IMG/VR virus record: IMGVR_UViG_3300020577_006910
DNA: 64,000 nucleotides
DNA from: an uncultured virus (IMG/VR IMGVR_UViG_3300020577_006910)
Taxonomy: Duplodnaviria > Heunggongvirae > Uroviricota > Caudoviricetes
Strand: one strand, 5' to 3'
Shown: piece by piece, positions 48,153 to 59,180 of the stretch
Layout of the letters: each line of letters opens with the position of its first letter
How positions within the stretch are numbered: position 1 is the stretch's first letter
The notes under the pieces: model-generated
Database searches by the model: none
What the model was told of the DNA's origin: nothing
The model's input: only the letters and a program-made list of their open reading frames with translations
Made by a program: the position numbers and the translations under genes

Positions 48153-49644
48153 TTAGCGCTCCTGCCTGTTTTCGCAAACCAGCGGAGATCTCATTAATTC
48201 GGTCTAATGGATTCTTTGCTTTTGGTAGTCCTTGTAATTTATTTACATCCAACCTGTTACCCATAGCACCTACTACATCATCAACTATTTCAAATTTACA
48301 GACATCACCTAGGTTACGTACTCGAATATCTGAGGCCAATCCGCGATTCTTATCAGTGTATATACGAGCTAAACCTGTCTTAATGTCTGTTTTTGTCATC
48401 AATAAACAAGTATCCATCAGAGCAGCAAATTGTTTAAATTCAGAAGCATCGTAAACTGTAGCTTTACCTTTGCCTTTAATATTGCCGCCTGTACCGTTTA
48501 ATTGATGCGTAATTATAAATTCACACTTATGTTTATCAGCAATTAATTGACGTGCTTGGCCGCACATTTCTCTGTAAACAGAATACATGTTTTCTTTTAA
48601 GTTCAGATTATGTGCGTTACAGTATTTTAATACAGCAAAACCTAACCAATCTAAGATAACCAAACGAGGTTTAATTCCAGCATCTTCCGCTCTACATAGA
48701 ATACTGTCCAACTCCAACATTCCGTTGATACCCTCTGTAGGAGTCGTCATGTCTTTTACATGCAAATATTCATTATAAGAAGCTGTAGCCCTCAATTTTT
48801 CTTTTATATCAGCGGGTAGATCTTTTGGTTTTGTGTCAGATAGTATCTTCGATGAAATACCTGAAGCACAGCTCCAAATACGCGGACGTAATTTAGTTTC
48901 AAACGGTAGTTCGTATTGAAAAAAGAATACGTGCTCACGTTGTTTTGCTGTATTTACCGCGACATCAATAGACAACATAGTCTTGCCGCCACCATAGGGG
49001 GCAAGAATTCCGCATAGATGTTGGGCACGCAAGCCGCCATTTGTAAGGCGATCAAATACGTGACAACCAGATGGTATAGTGCTAACGGATGAATTAATTG
49101 CCGATGCTTCATCAAAAACATCTTCATCAAATATTTTATGATCTTTTGATACAGATATACGCGTGGCTGAGTAACTGTTAATTACACCGCTAATAAATTT
49201 AGATATATCTAAACTATTTGCATCAGATGGTACTGCTGTGCTTGCTAAGACAACACGATGGTCTAAAAAGCGTTGTATGATGTTAGATACCGCCGAAGGT
49301 ACTAACATATTATCAGTCACGTCTTTAAAAACCCAAGTCATTAACTCGATTATCTTATCGACTGATTCTGCGTACTCAGGTTTTTCTTTCAGTTTTTTAC
49401 TTACCTCTGAAATTACGAATGGTTCAGACGGTAATACCTTGTGTTCCCTGTAGAACTCCCTAACGACCGACCATATAACATGATGCGGAATCTCGTTAGG
49501 TCTATTAAACAAATCCGGTTCTAAGGTATAAAATGCAGACTGAATTACAATGTCAGAACGTAGTAAATGTAAAATAATTAAATCCAACTCCTCAGGAGTT
49601 ACCACCTGGGCCGAAGTATTTTGGAATAATTGCTTTGAACTCAT
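48142..49644 (-). CDS. DnaB-like replicative helicase
   Basis: FDRLTNGGL, APYGGGKT, FQYEL, VILDW, THQLN, KNRG. Confidence 0.88.
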   Translation of the reverse strand: MSSKQLFQNTSAQVVTPEELDLIILHLLRSDIVIQSAFYTLEPDLFNRPNEIPHHVIWSVVREFYREHKVLPSEPFVISEVSKKLKEKPEYAESVDKIIELMTWVFKDVTDNMLVPSAVSNIIQRFLDHRVVLASTAVPSDANSLDISKFISGVINSYSATRISVSKDHKIFDEDVFDEASAINSSVSTIPSGCHVFDRLTNGGLRAQHLCGILAPYGGGKTMLSIDVAVNTAKQREHVFFFQYELPFETKLRPRIWSCASGISSKILSDTKPKDLPADIKEKLRATASYNEYLHVKDMTTPTEGINGMLELDSILCRAEDAGIKPRLVILDWLGFAVLKYCNAHNLNLKENMYSVYREMCGQARQLIADKHKCEFIITHQLNGTGGNIKGKGKATVYDASEFKQFAALMDTCLLMTKTDIKTGLARIYTDKNRGLASDIRVRNLGDVCKFEIVDDVVGAMGNRLDVNKLQGLPKAKNPLDRINEISAGLRKQAGALNAQ

Positions 49645-50239
49645 TGTGATAATCCTGTGGAATTAATGGATTATAGATCTGATAGTAGAGCGGTTGCTCA
49701 TAAGCTTGCACTAGCGCTAGATCTTTATATTTTTTGATTACATCTATGCACTTAAATTTACAGGCCATAACAAACCTAAACATAGGCGTAAAGTATAAAT
49801 CGATGTCGAGCAGTACTTCTTCGACAGGTCTGTTTAGTTCAGTATAGTGTCGATGAAATAAGATGAAAGAAGACTTGAAATCATTTTCAATAACTTCTTT
49901 TACACCTAATAACAACTCTTTACTTTTAACATATTGAATAAATTTATTTGAGATAAGTGTATTTACTGGAAAGTTAGGGACGGCATTAAAATCAAAACAT
50001 GCGTTTACATACAACTCAGGTGATACGCTTTCTTGTAAACAGATTAAAGCAACACGACTAAAAACATCGTGATATTGTTTTTGAAAATTAGGATTAGGCT
50101 TAAAGTCAGAATTCTCTTCTTGCCGTTTATATATGTAAGCGTCCACTACGCGCAATAAGTATTGATTAAATAATGCAATTGAATCGGATGACGCTGTAGC
50201 GTTATCTAACTCAGCTGCAGTTGGTTCATCATAACCCAT
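49592..50239 (-). CDS. hypothetical protein
   Basis: ORF within the replication operon. Confidence 0.7.
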   Translation of the reverse strand: MGYDEPTAAELDNATASSDSIALFNQYLLRVVDAYIYKRQEENSDFKPNPNFQKQYHDVFSRVALICLQESVSPELYVNACFDFNAVPNFPVNTLISNKFIQYVKSKELLLGVKEVIENDFKSSFILFHRHYTELNRPVEEVLLDIDLYFTPMFRFVMACKFKCIDVIKKYKDLALVQAYEQPLYYQIYNPLIPQDYHNEFKAIIPKYFGPGGNS

Positions 50240-51764
50240 ACAAATTTTCCACTAAATTAAAACCGTTTTTACGATAAGAGCTTTTACGCTTATCCGCTCG
50301 ACGCTTTGCCCATAAGTCAAAGGAATCGTCAAAATCAACTAATAGACCTTCATATTTTGATTCGGTTATTCTACTTAACCTACCCGGTAATTGTACGCTA
50401 TCTATTCCTGATGTGCCACCATCAGCACGTATGAAAGCTTGAAGGTGTTTAGGGTCTATACCTTGCTTCCAGCATTTGTTGGCGATTACTCGTTTAAGTC
50501 TACCAGCTTCAAATTCTTTTAAAAGCCAGTTACGTCGTTCTAGTGTCATACTAGGTTCGTTCTCGTCCAATAATCCTCTAGATATTAAACGCATTCTGAG
50601 AGAGTTTAATTCCCCGTCCTGCATATTTGCGTAAACCACCTCCCAGCCGGGTAAATACTGTCTAAGTTCGTATATATGCTCTACTGTCTCTACCATTATC
50701 AGCATCTGTGGATTATCTTGCTGAAGATAAGCCGGTATACGTGAACACACTGAAGCTATCAAACTGTTACGTTGGCTGTTGCACCAATAAGCGCTTTTTT
50801 TACGTTGCCACATCTCTCCACTAACATTTGGAGAGTCATCTGTTTTTGGTACATTTACAAAAACAGTGTTTATCTTAGCTACAGAACCGGCCTCAACCGC
50901 TTCAGCGTAATCTATTTTAAGTAACACCGGACCAAAAATTGATTCAATTATCGCATCTGCGCCATCCGCTCGCATATTTGGTGAGGCGGTAAATCCTATA
51001 AATTTTGCATCGGTATAACTAGCACACAAATTTTTAGCTCTAACATCTGTTGCAAATGAGTGTACCTCGTCTCCGACTATAAGGTTATACCAACCTAAGT
51101 CTATTTTGTGTAAAGAATCAATTGAACAGAGTGTTATTCTTTCGGATAACTCTAATTTTCCATTACCTACTCGTCCAACATTACCTGGTGCATATGTCAG
51201 TAATCTTTCATATGTGCTTTTAAGTAAATCTATTCCTGGACTTACTATTAATATACGTGCAGTAGGATATACGACTGTAAGCAATATCATTAAAAAAGTT
51301 TTACCGTATCCTGTTGGAGCGTGGAAAATACCTCCATCGCAGGCATCAACTATAGATAATACATCAGCTTGTTTGTATCTAAGATCTAGCTCTGGGTACT
51401 CTAGTAATCTGTCATAATTAGCTGCAGGTAGCTTTTTCTTACGTAAATCTTCGTATGTGTATTTAATGTTTGAATTGGACAGAAGGGTAACAATCTTCGC
51501 TTTCAACCCTGCTGCACAATACAGTTTATTACCGTGAATTTGATACAGTTTTTTAGGAACCACTTCAAATTCTGGATTTATTCTTTTATGAGGATCTTTT
51601 CTAGCTAGAGCTTTTCGTTTGTACAGCTCAGCCCCTTGAAAAAAGGTTCTGTGATTATAAGTCAAAGCAGGTGCTATATATTTGTAAAGATCTTCAGTAG
51701 CTGTTACTTCTAACAAATTACCACATCGCTTAATACTTACAACTATATCGTAATTTAATACCAT
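50229..51764 (-). CDS. superfamily 2 helicase (UvsW-like)
   Basis: LRYKQ, APTGYGKT, DEVH, GFTASP, QGID, QLPGRLSR. Confidence 0.9.
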   Translation of the reverse strand: MVLNYDIVVSIKRCGNLLEVTATEDLYKYIAPALTYNHRTFFQGAELYKRKALARKDPHKRINPEFEVVPKKLYQIHGNKLYCAAGLKAKIVTLLSNSNIKYTYEDLRKKKLPAANYDRLLEYPELDLRYKQADVLSIVDACDGGIFHAPTGYGKTFLMILLTVVYPTARILIVSPGIDLLKSTYERLLTYAPGNVGRVGNGKLELSERITLCSIDSLHKIDLGWYNLIVGDEVHSFATDVRAKNLCASYTDAKFIGFTASPNMRADGADAIIESIFGPVLLKIDYAEAVEAGSVAKINTVFVNVPKTDDSPNVSGEMWQRKKSAYWCNSQRNSLIASVCSRIPAYLQQDNPQMLIMVETVEHIYELRQYLPGWEVVYANMQDGELNSLRMRLISRGLLDENEPSMTLERRNWLLKEFEAGRLKRVIANKCWKQGIDPKHLQAFIRADGGTSGIDSVQLPGRLSRITESKYEGLLVDFDDSFDLWAKRRADKRKSSYRKNGFNLVENLYGL

Positions 51765-51789
51765 TTATTACCTCAATCGATAAAAAAAA

Positions 51790-53310
51790 TTAATCTACGC
51801 CAGAAGAAGAGTAACTGGCAATTGCGGTATTTCTCGAGAACATTACCCAGCCATTAGTGTAATCTGTAGACTGTCCAACAATTTCAAGCTCTGGATGCTC
51901 GTCATGCTCTACGATGATCTTTACACCTGTTGGAATGCGTACATAGAAGCGACCGTTAGTGGCAGCAAAAGCTTCTAAGCCATCAACATTATGATTATCA
52001 GAATTAATACGACACACAATATTGTGATCATTGGATCGATTGCTTTCTTTTGGCAACACACAAAGATTCGCACACGTACCAACAGTTTTATTTTCATCAA
52101 ACGTGTCTGGTTTATTTACATAAAATCTATCCATAAAGCTAGGTAAGTTTCTATAGCTTATAGGTGTAGCAAACCATTCACCTTGACGTAATACAGAAGA
52201 AGCGGGTAGCTTTCTAATATCTGCTGGTTTAAGTAATGTATAAGCTTCGTTAATAGATTTAGCGGATTCGGGCAAAATACAACCAAAGTAAGATCCGTCA
52301 TCCTGTCCAAACAGAGCATATTGTTTATTATCGTTTTTATCATAATAAGAAAGTAATACCGAACCAGACCTGTGCCATACCCAATCACTGCCACTTTTTA
52401 TTAAAGAATAGCCTTTATCGGGCTGGTGGGTTTTTTCAAATTTACGTCTATTCTCTGCTGTTAATCGGCTGAAATTTTTACAGTGCTTAGATAGCTTAGA
52501 TACAAAATCAGGTGAAACAGCAATACGACTGTCTTCAATATAATCAATGACCTGCTCAATTTTAAAGTTTATAGCATTAACTAAATGAGGGGACGTACCT
52601 CCGGAGATAAGAAGAGACAAGCAAGAAAAACTAATAGGTACACAATTCTTAAACTTAGAAGATAGATTTAGTTCAACGGCATTATCAAAAGCTCGACAAT
52701 ATGCACCACTACCCTGATCAGCGTTAATGAGCAAAATATTGTTAATAAAATAAAAATTGTATCTGTTATTATGAGTAAAGTTAAATTTAGTGCGTGAGTA
52801 AGAAGCTGCAACAAATGCACTATAGTTACCAGATTCATTGCCTTTACTATCAGAAATAATTACGTCGCGTAGTTTAAGCGTTGGTTTAGGGGTTACGCCA
52901 TGCTCTAAATTTTCTTCTTCCTCTACGCAAATACCAACATCGAGTCTAAGAGCACTAAACTCTTGACATAACATACCATTACCGTTTGAGTCAAAAACAG
53001 CAACTAATGTACTCTCGTCGTCACATGAATAAGCATCATTATCTAGATCACAGGCGGATACTTTATCACTAATAAGAGTAACAAAAAAATCACCGTCTTT
53101 AACGTTAGACTTACCACCATTATTAATAAAACTATTTAACGAAGTCATTCTATTAATAATTTGTAGCGGATTAAGCGGCCTACGTCTTTCTCTGTAGGAT
53201 CTAAGATTATAAGGTCTATCTAAACTACCGTCAAATGAACGTTTATTAAAATACGTCTTAACTACTCTGGCAATATCTTCGTTTTTCTCCAAATCGTAAA
53301 TTACAGACAT
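51790..53310 (-). CDS. hypothetical protein with C-terminal RQGE...EH.EH motif
   Basis: VLRQGEWFATP...VEHDEHP. Confidence 0.7.
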   Translation of the reverse strand: MSVIYDLEKNEDIARVVKTYFNKRSFDGSLDRPYNLRSYRERRRPLNPLQIINRMTSLNSFINNGGKSNVKDGDFFVTLISDKVSACDLDNDAYSCDDESTLVAVFDSNGNGMLCQEFSALRLDVGICVEEEENLEHGVTPKPTLKLRDVIISDSKGNESGNYSAFVAASYSRTKFNFTHNNRYNFYFINNILLINADQGSGAYCRAFDNAVELNLSSKFKNCVPISFSCLSLLISGGTSPHLVNAINFKIEQVIDYIEDSRIAVSPDFVSKLSKHCKNFSRLTAENRRKFEKTHQPDKGYSLIKSGSDWVWHRSGSVLLSYYDKNDNKQYALFGQDDGSYFGCILPESAKSINEAYTLLKPADIRKLPASSVLRQGEWFATPISYRNLPSFMDRFYVNKPDTFDENKTVGTCANLCVLPKESNRSNDHNIVCRINSDNHNVDGLEAFAATNGRFYVRIPTGVKIIVEHDEHPELEIVGQSTDYTNGWVMFSRNTAIASYSSSGVD

Positions 53311-53335
53311 GTTTTTCTCGCATCAAATGCAGCAA

Positions 53336-54142
53336 CTATACAGTTGCAGTTAAACTTAAAGTATCTGTCATACGCTCTAGTAAAGTTACTTTTTTATAAG
53401 CAGATAATTTAGACGGAGCACCATGTGCAACTATGGCAACGGTGGCTGCGTTTTCTAGCTTACCCCATTTAGTGCCAGTGCACGCTCTACATTGAGAACA
53501 GGTCAAACGATAACCAGCTAATTCAGATGCAGGGCATATAAATTCTTTATCAAATAAAACATCATCATTGATAAACGTTCTAAACGTACGCCAACCCATT
53601 TCTCTGGCAAGCAGATACTCGTCTTTTGAATCTACGCTAGCCATCAAGATGTTTCTAAATAAAACATCGCACTTTTTCCAGGTATGCGTGTAACCAGTGT
53701 ACCCCGCTGATTTTTTAGTCAGCGTATCCCACAAGTCATATGGAACAGCTGTTGGCTCTCCGTAGCTGCCGACACGTAAATACCTGCCATCTAACCAAGA
53801 AAAATCAACTAATTTTGAATATTTACCTTTTTTAAATGTTTTGTATATATTGAGCGGAGCTTGCCCTATGTTTACATAACAACTTCTATCTTTACCGTTA
53901 CCGGTGCCACGATGTCTGCAGTCTCCACACACTGAAGCATCTTGTTCAGTCTTGACTGCTTCAACTGGATTTACGTCTGATCGTAATATCCATGTTTGAA
54001 TCATAGGTCCGGTTTTAGTATTAGAGGTTTTAAGCGTAGCTATACAGACAATTGGTGCGCCGTCTAATTGAGATGGTCCTTCATACAGGATCACTCCACC
54101 AGAGGCGTGATTATTGTTTAATACATGAAGACTTAAAGACAT
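53336..54142 (-). CDS. conserved Cys-rich phage protein (possibly Fe-S binding)
   Basis: YEGPSQLDG, NTKTG, CGDCRHR..CYV, RVGSYGEP, GYTH, MASVD, CPA..CSQCRAC, AHG. Confidence 0.7.
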   Translation of the reverse strand: MSLSLHVLNNNHASGGVILYEGPSQLDGAPIVCIATLKTSNTKTGPMIQTWILRSDVNPVEAVKTEQDASVCGDCRHRGTGNGKDRSCYVNIGQAPLNIYKTFKKGKYSKLVDFSWLDGRYLRVGSYGEPTAVPYDLWDTLTKKSAGYTGYTHTWKKCDVLFRNILMASVDSKDEYLLAREMGWRTFRTFINDDVLFDKEFICPASELAGYRLTCSQCRACTGTKWGKLENAATVAIVAHGAPSKLSAYKKVTLLERMTDTLSLTATV

Positions 54143-54179
54143 AAAGCACCAAGTAATTATTAATATAAATTCAAAAGAA

Positions 54180-56330
54180 TTACAAAGAAATTACATAAGG
54201 AGCATATGTTTTTAATTTATCTTCATGCGTGACTACGAGCATCTGAATATTTTTAGATGTAGTGTATGTCTGTAAATTTGTAAATAGGTCTGCTACTCTA
54301 TCAAGATGATCGCTGTCCAATCCGTAGGTAGGCTCATCCAGCGCTATAAAACCTACAGACTGATTAAACAAACTACTTACTGTAAGTAAAAACGATAGAG
54401 CTAAGCAGCAACGCTGTCCACCACTTAACTGTTCAGTTATGGCTGATTGATTATTTGAAAATTTAACTTGAATAGTAGAATCAGCTAATAATTCAACTGT
54501 AAACGGTACGTCGAGTTGAGATAGCAGCTGATTCCAGCTGGCATTAAGTCTAGAAAAATATACGCTTGCTAAAGCTTGAGGAAGTTTGGTAGGGTGTAAA
54601 GCTTGCTTGATTTGCTCCAAACAACCGCAATAACTTTCAATTACATTGCGTTGTTTAAGTGTTTTATGTAGCGTCTCTAATCTTGCATTAATTGACGGTA
54701 ATAGTTTTTGCTCTAAAGCATTTAACTCTGCCTCTGCAAGACTTAATTGTTTTATCTCAGCCCTACAAACAGCCAACTCTGTTTCTAACTTAATTAAGTT
54801 AGTTTGACTTAGTTTTGTTTCTTTTTGAATTAAGCCAGATAAATGTGTTGTAATGTGTTCTATAGCTGCGTTTGTAGCAGATAGTTCTTTGTCTAAAGTA
54901 TTTAAATTATTTAATAGCTCATCTACATTTTGCAGTTGTTTATCTAAATAAGCAAGTTTGTCTTGAATAACAGCTATTTCATTATTTAATTGCGTTTCGT
55001 CTAAATCCTTAAACGCAGCTAATTGCGCATCTAGTCCATCTAGCTTTTGCTTTAAACCGATCTCTTGCGTCAGCAGACTTACAAGCTTTGTGTAGTATTC
55101 GTAGATTTTTGTCGTGTTATTGACAGCTTGCGTATAAGTGTTTACGGCAAAAGTTGCCTTTTCTACTAAGTCAGATAAGTGTAAATGTTCTGTACCTTTA
55201 ATTACTGTATCTGTACCGCAAGTTGGACAGACGCCATCTTTAAAGCTAGTCAGTTTTGCCTGCTCTATAGATAAATTTAAAGCAGCTTCTTGTTTTACTT
55301 TTAGCGCTTCAGCTTGTTTAGCGGTAGCTTCGCTGTACGTTATGTACGAACCGTGCACAGCTACAATTTCAGAATGCTTAGCAGTACACTCGGTAACAGC
55401 TTCTGAGCGTCTAGTTAGCAGTTCTTTTTGCTTAGCTATTTGAGTTAATTTTTGTCTACACGTAGATAAAGCTACGGACTCAGCTATTTTTTCCTTAGCC
55501 AAGTGTTCTCTAGTTAAACAGTTTGATACGTTTTCAGCTACAGCAGATTTTTGCAAAGTTAGGTTGTTTAATTTAGTCTGCAGAGTTTCAGCTGTTTTAA
55601 GTGACGCAGATAGCCCTGTTGCCGGATTATTTAGATCGGCAGCTATACTGTGGCATGTAATTACTATTTGTTGCAGACTTGTCTCAGTGGAGCGTAATAC
55701 ATCTAAAGAATGCCCCTTAAGTTCAGCGTTTAGTACATCTACGCGTTTAACTGCGTCAGAGTGTTCAGCTGTTAACTTCGAGAGATCCTCTAGTACCATA
55801 CCATTTAACTTACCGGTATAAAAATTTAATTCTGTTGTAGCTAAAGCATATATAGCTTGAAATCTATCGGTACCAAGTAATTTATGTAACATAACATTAC
55901 GCTCACTTGGGCGAGCGTCTAATATAGCTGTAGTATCACCTTGTTTTACAAATACAAAATTATCGGATAAATTTTTTGCGGCCCCAAGTAAATCATTTAT
56001 ACAAGCGTCTATGTCACTTAACTTAGAATAAATCTGACCATCATAGTTCAATAAAGCTTTTGAACTATGTAATTGTCGGGATATGTGCCCTTTTTTACCG
56101 TTGGCCTCGAAGGTCAACTCTACCCTACCCTCATCCGCATCCCATTTTAAAGCCTCTAATTTTTTAACGTTTGGAGTTACGCCGGTCAATACAAACTGTA
56201 AAGCTTTTAATATATTAGATTTACCGGTACCGTTAGGACCTTGTATAACACACAACCCATTATCAGGAAAAGCGATTACTAAATCAGAATGAATGCCGTA
56301 ATTAACTATGTGTAGCTTTTGAAGTTTCAT
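54180..56330 (-). CDS. sbcC: SbcC/Rad50-like (gp46-like) ATPase
   Basis: GPNGTGKS, VKQG, coiled coil with CPTCG zinc hook, LSGGQ, LDEPT, VVTHE. Confidence 0.94.
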   Translation of the reverse strand: MKLQKLHIVNYGIHSDLVIAFPDNGLCVIQGPNGTGKSNILKALQFVLTGVTPNVKKLEALKWDADEGRVELTFEANGKKGHISRQLHSSKALLNYDGQIYSKLSDIDACINDLLGAAKNLSDNFVFVKQGDTTAILDARPSERNVMLHKLLGTDRFQAIYALATTELNFYTGKLNGMVLEDLSKLTAEHSDAVKRVDVLNAELKGHSLDVLRSTETSLQQIVITCHSIAADLNNPATGLSASLKTAETLQTKLNNLTLQKSAVAENVSNCLTREHLAKEKIAESVALSTCRQKLTQIAKQKELLTRRSEAVTECTAKHSEIVAVHGSYITYSEATAKQAEALKVKQEAALNLSIEQAKLTSFKDGVCPTCGTDTVIKGTEHLHLSDLVEKATFAVNTYTQAVNNTTKIYEYYTKLVSLLTQEIGLKQKLDGLDAQLAAFKDLDETQLNNEIAVIQDKLAYLDKQLQNVDELLNNLNTLDKELSATNAAIEHITTHLSGLIQKETKLSQTNLIKLETELAVCRAEIKQLSLAEAELNALEQKLLPSINARLETLHKTLKQRNVIESYCGCLEQIKQALHPTKLPQALASVYFSRLNASWNQLLSQLDVPFTVELLADSTIQVKFSNNQSAITEQLSGGQRCCLALSFLLTVSSLFNQSVGFIALDEPTYGLDSDHLDRVADLFTNLQTYTTSKNIQMLVVTHEDKLKTYAPYVISL

Positions 56331-56332
56331 TA

Positions 56333-57445
56333 TTACAATCCAATAGCTTTTTTATATTGTTCTAGTTGTAATTTGGGATCGTTGTTCATCATGGCTTTTA
56401 AAAAAGCTGCAGCTGCTGGATCTTTTACATAGGAATTAACCAACGTGTCGAGGCTTAAGTCTAATTTGAGTTCGGGTGTAACGTCAGGTGTTTCTGCGTC
56501 AAAAAATGAACTAAACACATGTGCTTTGTTATCTATATAAGTTTTTAATCTATCTAGAGCTTTATTAATAGAACTGGATATCTTTACACTTACAACAGGT
56601 GTAACAATATCAGGATATTTTTGTTTTTTTATCTCATCATCTATAGTAGGTGTGTTTAATTTTGCGTCTAAGTCGCTAAACATCGCCACTAGGTCTGCTT
56701 CAGTACACAAAGTATAATAATAAAAATCTCGTGTAACTAGTTTATGTTGAGTTAAACTGATCTCACCATTTACTTCATTTACAAGGTATACATATTTTTT
56801 AGATGCCTCTTTTAGAGCTTGTACGCTTGTGCTACCGGGATACGCAAATAGCGTATTACCGTGACGTTCTTGTATATTTACGTGGTAATCACCAAGAAGC
56901 ACTGCGGGTATTTCTTTGGGTACCCAGTTAGCTTTCATATTTACCATTGCGTCAAATTTACAAAAAACATCTAAAAGTTGGTGACCTACCACTATTGTGC
57001 TAGATGGTTTGCTTAAATGAGGCAACAACTCTTTTGCGTAAAACTGCTCTAACTCTGACGGATTACCGCAAAAAGGTACGCCATACAAATAGAAATTATT
57101 TAAACGCGTTTCTTTATTCTGTATATCCAACCCACCTATTACTTTAATCCAATCGTGTTCTTTACTCTTATCATGATTACCAGGTATACCGTAAAAGTTT
57201 AAACCATTTTTATTTAGAGCACTAACGCCTTGTTTAGCTACGTATACGCTCTCCGCATCAGGGCGAGCTGAATCAAATAAATCCCCGCCATCAACATAAT
57301 TACAATTGTGTTCTACGCATAGTTGAATAGTTTGGTCAAACGATGCATACGCATCACCAAATATAGACGCCCGAGCCGTCCATACGTGCTTTCGTAAATG
57401 TTGATCAGCTCCAAAAATAAATAATAGATTTGGTTGTTTTGGCAT
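56333..57445 (-). CDS. sbcD: SbcD/Mre11-like (gp47-like) nuclease
   Basis: ADQHL, GGDLFD, GNHD, GHQ, LGDYH, YPGS. Confidence 0.93.
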   Translation of the reverse strand: MPKQPNLLFIFGADQHLRKHVWTARASIFGDAYASFDQTIQLCVEHNCNYVDGGDLFDSARPDAESVYVAKQGVSALNKNGLNFYGIPGNHDKSKEHDWIKVIGGLDIQNKETRLNNFYLYGVPFCGNPSELEQFYAKELLPHLSKPSSTIVVGHQLLDVFCKFDAMVNMKANWVPKEIPAVLLGDYHVNIQERHGNTLFAYPGSTSVQALKEASKKYVYLVNEVNGEISLTQHKLVTRDFYYYTLCTEADLVAMFSDLDAKLNTPTIDDEIKKQKYPDIVTPVVSVKISSSINKALDRLKTYIDNKAHVFSSFFDAETPDVTPELKLDLSLDTLVNSYVKDPAAAAFLKAMMNNDPKLQLEQYKKAIGL

Positions 57446-57491
57446 AAAGCAAAAGAACGAATTAACGTTACTTTAACTGTCAAACAGGCGA

Positions 57492-57791
57492 TCAGGGAGA
57501 TAAGCTTGCAAAAATACGTTTCACATCTTCACGGGATAAAATAATCACGCCGTAAATCGTAAAGCTACTATTAAAAGGGTGCGTAGCTTTATTTATATTA
57601 TGCATTAAAAATTTTATCATGTATGGTTTATAGTTAGTGTCAAATAATACATGAGACATATACACGCACTTAATATGGTAGGCAATAGAGGCACTAAAGC
57701 TAAAACCAAACGTTAACATAAACAAACTAGAGCTATTAATATTCATACTACCTGTTCTTAAGTAGTTAAACTTTTTAAAGCAGTAAATCAT
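57492..57791 (-). CDS. YxF-array ORF (MIYCF)
   Basis: ORF track; GGAG upstream. Confidence 0.6.
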   Translation of the reverse strand: MIYCFKKFNYLRTGSMNINSSSLFMLTFGFSFSASIAYHIKCVYMSHVLFDTNYKPYMIKFLMHNINKATHPFNSSFTIYGVIILSREDVKRIFASLSP

Positions 57792-58113
57792 TTATACGTA
57801 GCTCCGCATCTGCGTGCTCGAACTGCTTCGTAGACATAGAATTAACAAAATAAATTAAAGCGGAAGTTTTTGGTTTACGCCGTAGATTTAAAACTACGTG
57901 ACCATGGTTATTAAATACGTAATATTCGTTATCACTATGGTGCCGCATAGTACGTGGTTTGGTGCTATCTACAAATATAAAACAAAAACAAGTGCTACGC
58001 CAGAAGTAGCCTTTCATGTAGTTAACGCAATAAAACATAAAAAACGTATAATAAAAAGCAGTCTTTCCTGAATAATTGTGGCATTTAAAGACGTAACCAA
58101 AAGGTGCTTTCAT
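57775..58113 (-). CDS. YxF-array ORF (MKAPFGYVF)
   Basis: ORF track; ATGA coupling. Confidence 0.6.
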   Translation of the reverse strand: MKAPFGYVFKCHNYSGKTAFYYTFFMFYCVNYMKGYFWRSTCFCFIFVDSTKPRTMRHHSDNEYYVFNNHGHVVLNLRRKPKTSALIYFVNSMSTKQFEHADAELRINDLLL

Positions 58114-58577
58114 GTTTTTTGTAAAGAATAAATACCGTATAAGTAATATTCATATGAGACCATGTTAAGTTGAAACTCTCTATTTTTTCTAGAGTATCTC
58201 GTTCGTTGTTTATGTGTGCGATCAAGTACGGTAAGCGCCAAGAACACCTCCTCTTCTGGTACATATGCATGTTTATGTAAATTACGCAACGTCAATATAG
58301 ACAGATTGAGACTAGTGTAAATTAAATAAGTAGAACGTCCCCACATAGTGGAATGTATCGCGTGATCACCGTATTTTTTTGCTTTAATTGAAACAGTTAA
58401 AAAATCCGAAGGATCGGTTTTGTCTTTATAAAACATATAAATAAGACCGTGCAATAAATTAAATATTTTTAACTTTTGATTCGTTAACGCGGGTGTAGTA
58501 TTAGGGCGTAGTTTATTCGCTAAATCGTTGTACTCGTCAGATAAAAAGGTGTAGTTTTGACGTGCCTTAGTTTTCAT
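58110..58577 (-). CDS. YxF-array ORF (MKTKARQNYTF)
   Basis: ORF track; overlaps upstream stop. Confidence 0.6.
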   Translation of the reverse strand: MKTKARQNYTFLSDEYNDLANKLRPNTTPALTNQKLKIFNLLHGLIYMFYKDKTDPSDFLTVSIKAKKYGDHAIHSTMWGRSTYLIYTSLNLSILTLRNLHKHAYVPEEEVFLALTVLDRTHKQRTRYSRKNREFQLNMVSYEYYLYGIYSLQKT

Positions 58578-58869
58578 ATATAGGGAAACCTGTCGGACAA
58601 TACACCACGTTTATGCTAATTATTTGATCAAAAAACGTACATTTAACACTGTAGCTAAACACCTCCGTGTGTTTACTAATAAAAAATTGAGGTCTAAAAA
58701 CATAAAAACAATAACAACGATAAAAATGAAAAGGTCTACGTTCAACTCCAAATGCAGTAATAGGATAGTTTCCCAGTATCTGCTTTGTTGCAGAAGTAAA
58801 AAATGTTTGTTCTTTATCAGATAAACAGAATAGATGTTTACTTAGTTTAAAAACATAGTTAATTGTCAT
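58567..58869 (-). CDS. YxF-array ORF (MTINYVF)
   Basis: ORF track; ATGA coupling. Confidence 0.6.
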   Translation of the reverse strand: MTINYVFKLSKHLFCLSDKEQTFFTSATKQILGNYPITAFGVERRPFHFYRCYCFYVFRPQFFISKHTEVFSYSVKCTFFDQIISINVVYCPTGFPIYEN

Positions 58870-59180
58870 TTTTTTAGCGTTACTTTCAATTTACCGTGAT
58901 TGCGTAGCTTTTTTTGTTTTTTTACGTATATATAGTTATTGTTGTTAATGGGCACTGGAGTAACTGCAAAATAGGAAACCATCAAATTTCTGCCAGGACG
59001 TACACTGAACCGTCTTGTTGAGCGTCCGCCTATATGTACAAAGCAGTACATCTTGCGTGAATAAGGTGGTACATATTTAGAATCAGCGCAGCAAACAGTA
59101 AACCAGCTAGAACGACGATGTATTCTAGTAAAATATAAAAAGCGTGAATTATCTGGTTTGAAAGAATAGTTAGTTTTTAC
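58866..59180 (-). CDS. YxF-array ORF, inferred GTA start (xKTNYSF)
   Basis: Frame of 58866..59051 is open 43 codons further up to GAGGT-gcgct-GTA, which overlaps the upstream TAA. Confidence 0.45.
   Translation of the reverse strand, partial: VKTNYSFKPDNSRFLYFTRIHRRSSWFTVCCADSKYVPPYSRKMYCFVHIGGRSTRRFSVRPGRNLMVSYFAVTPVPINNNNYIYVKKQKKLRNHGKLKVTLKK

Noticed and set aside
3942..56292. Numerous short plus-strand and nested alternative-frame ORFs in the track
   Set aside because: All shadow longer minus-strand genes; only 36801..37430 occupies its own space.
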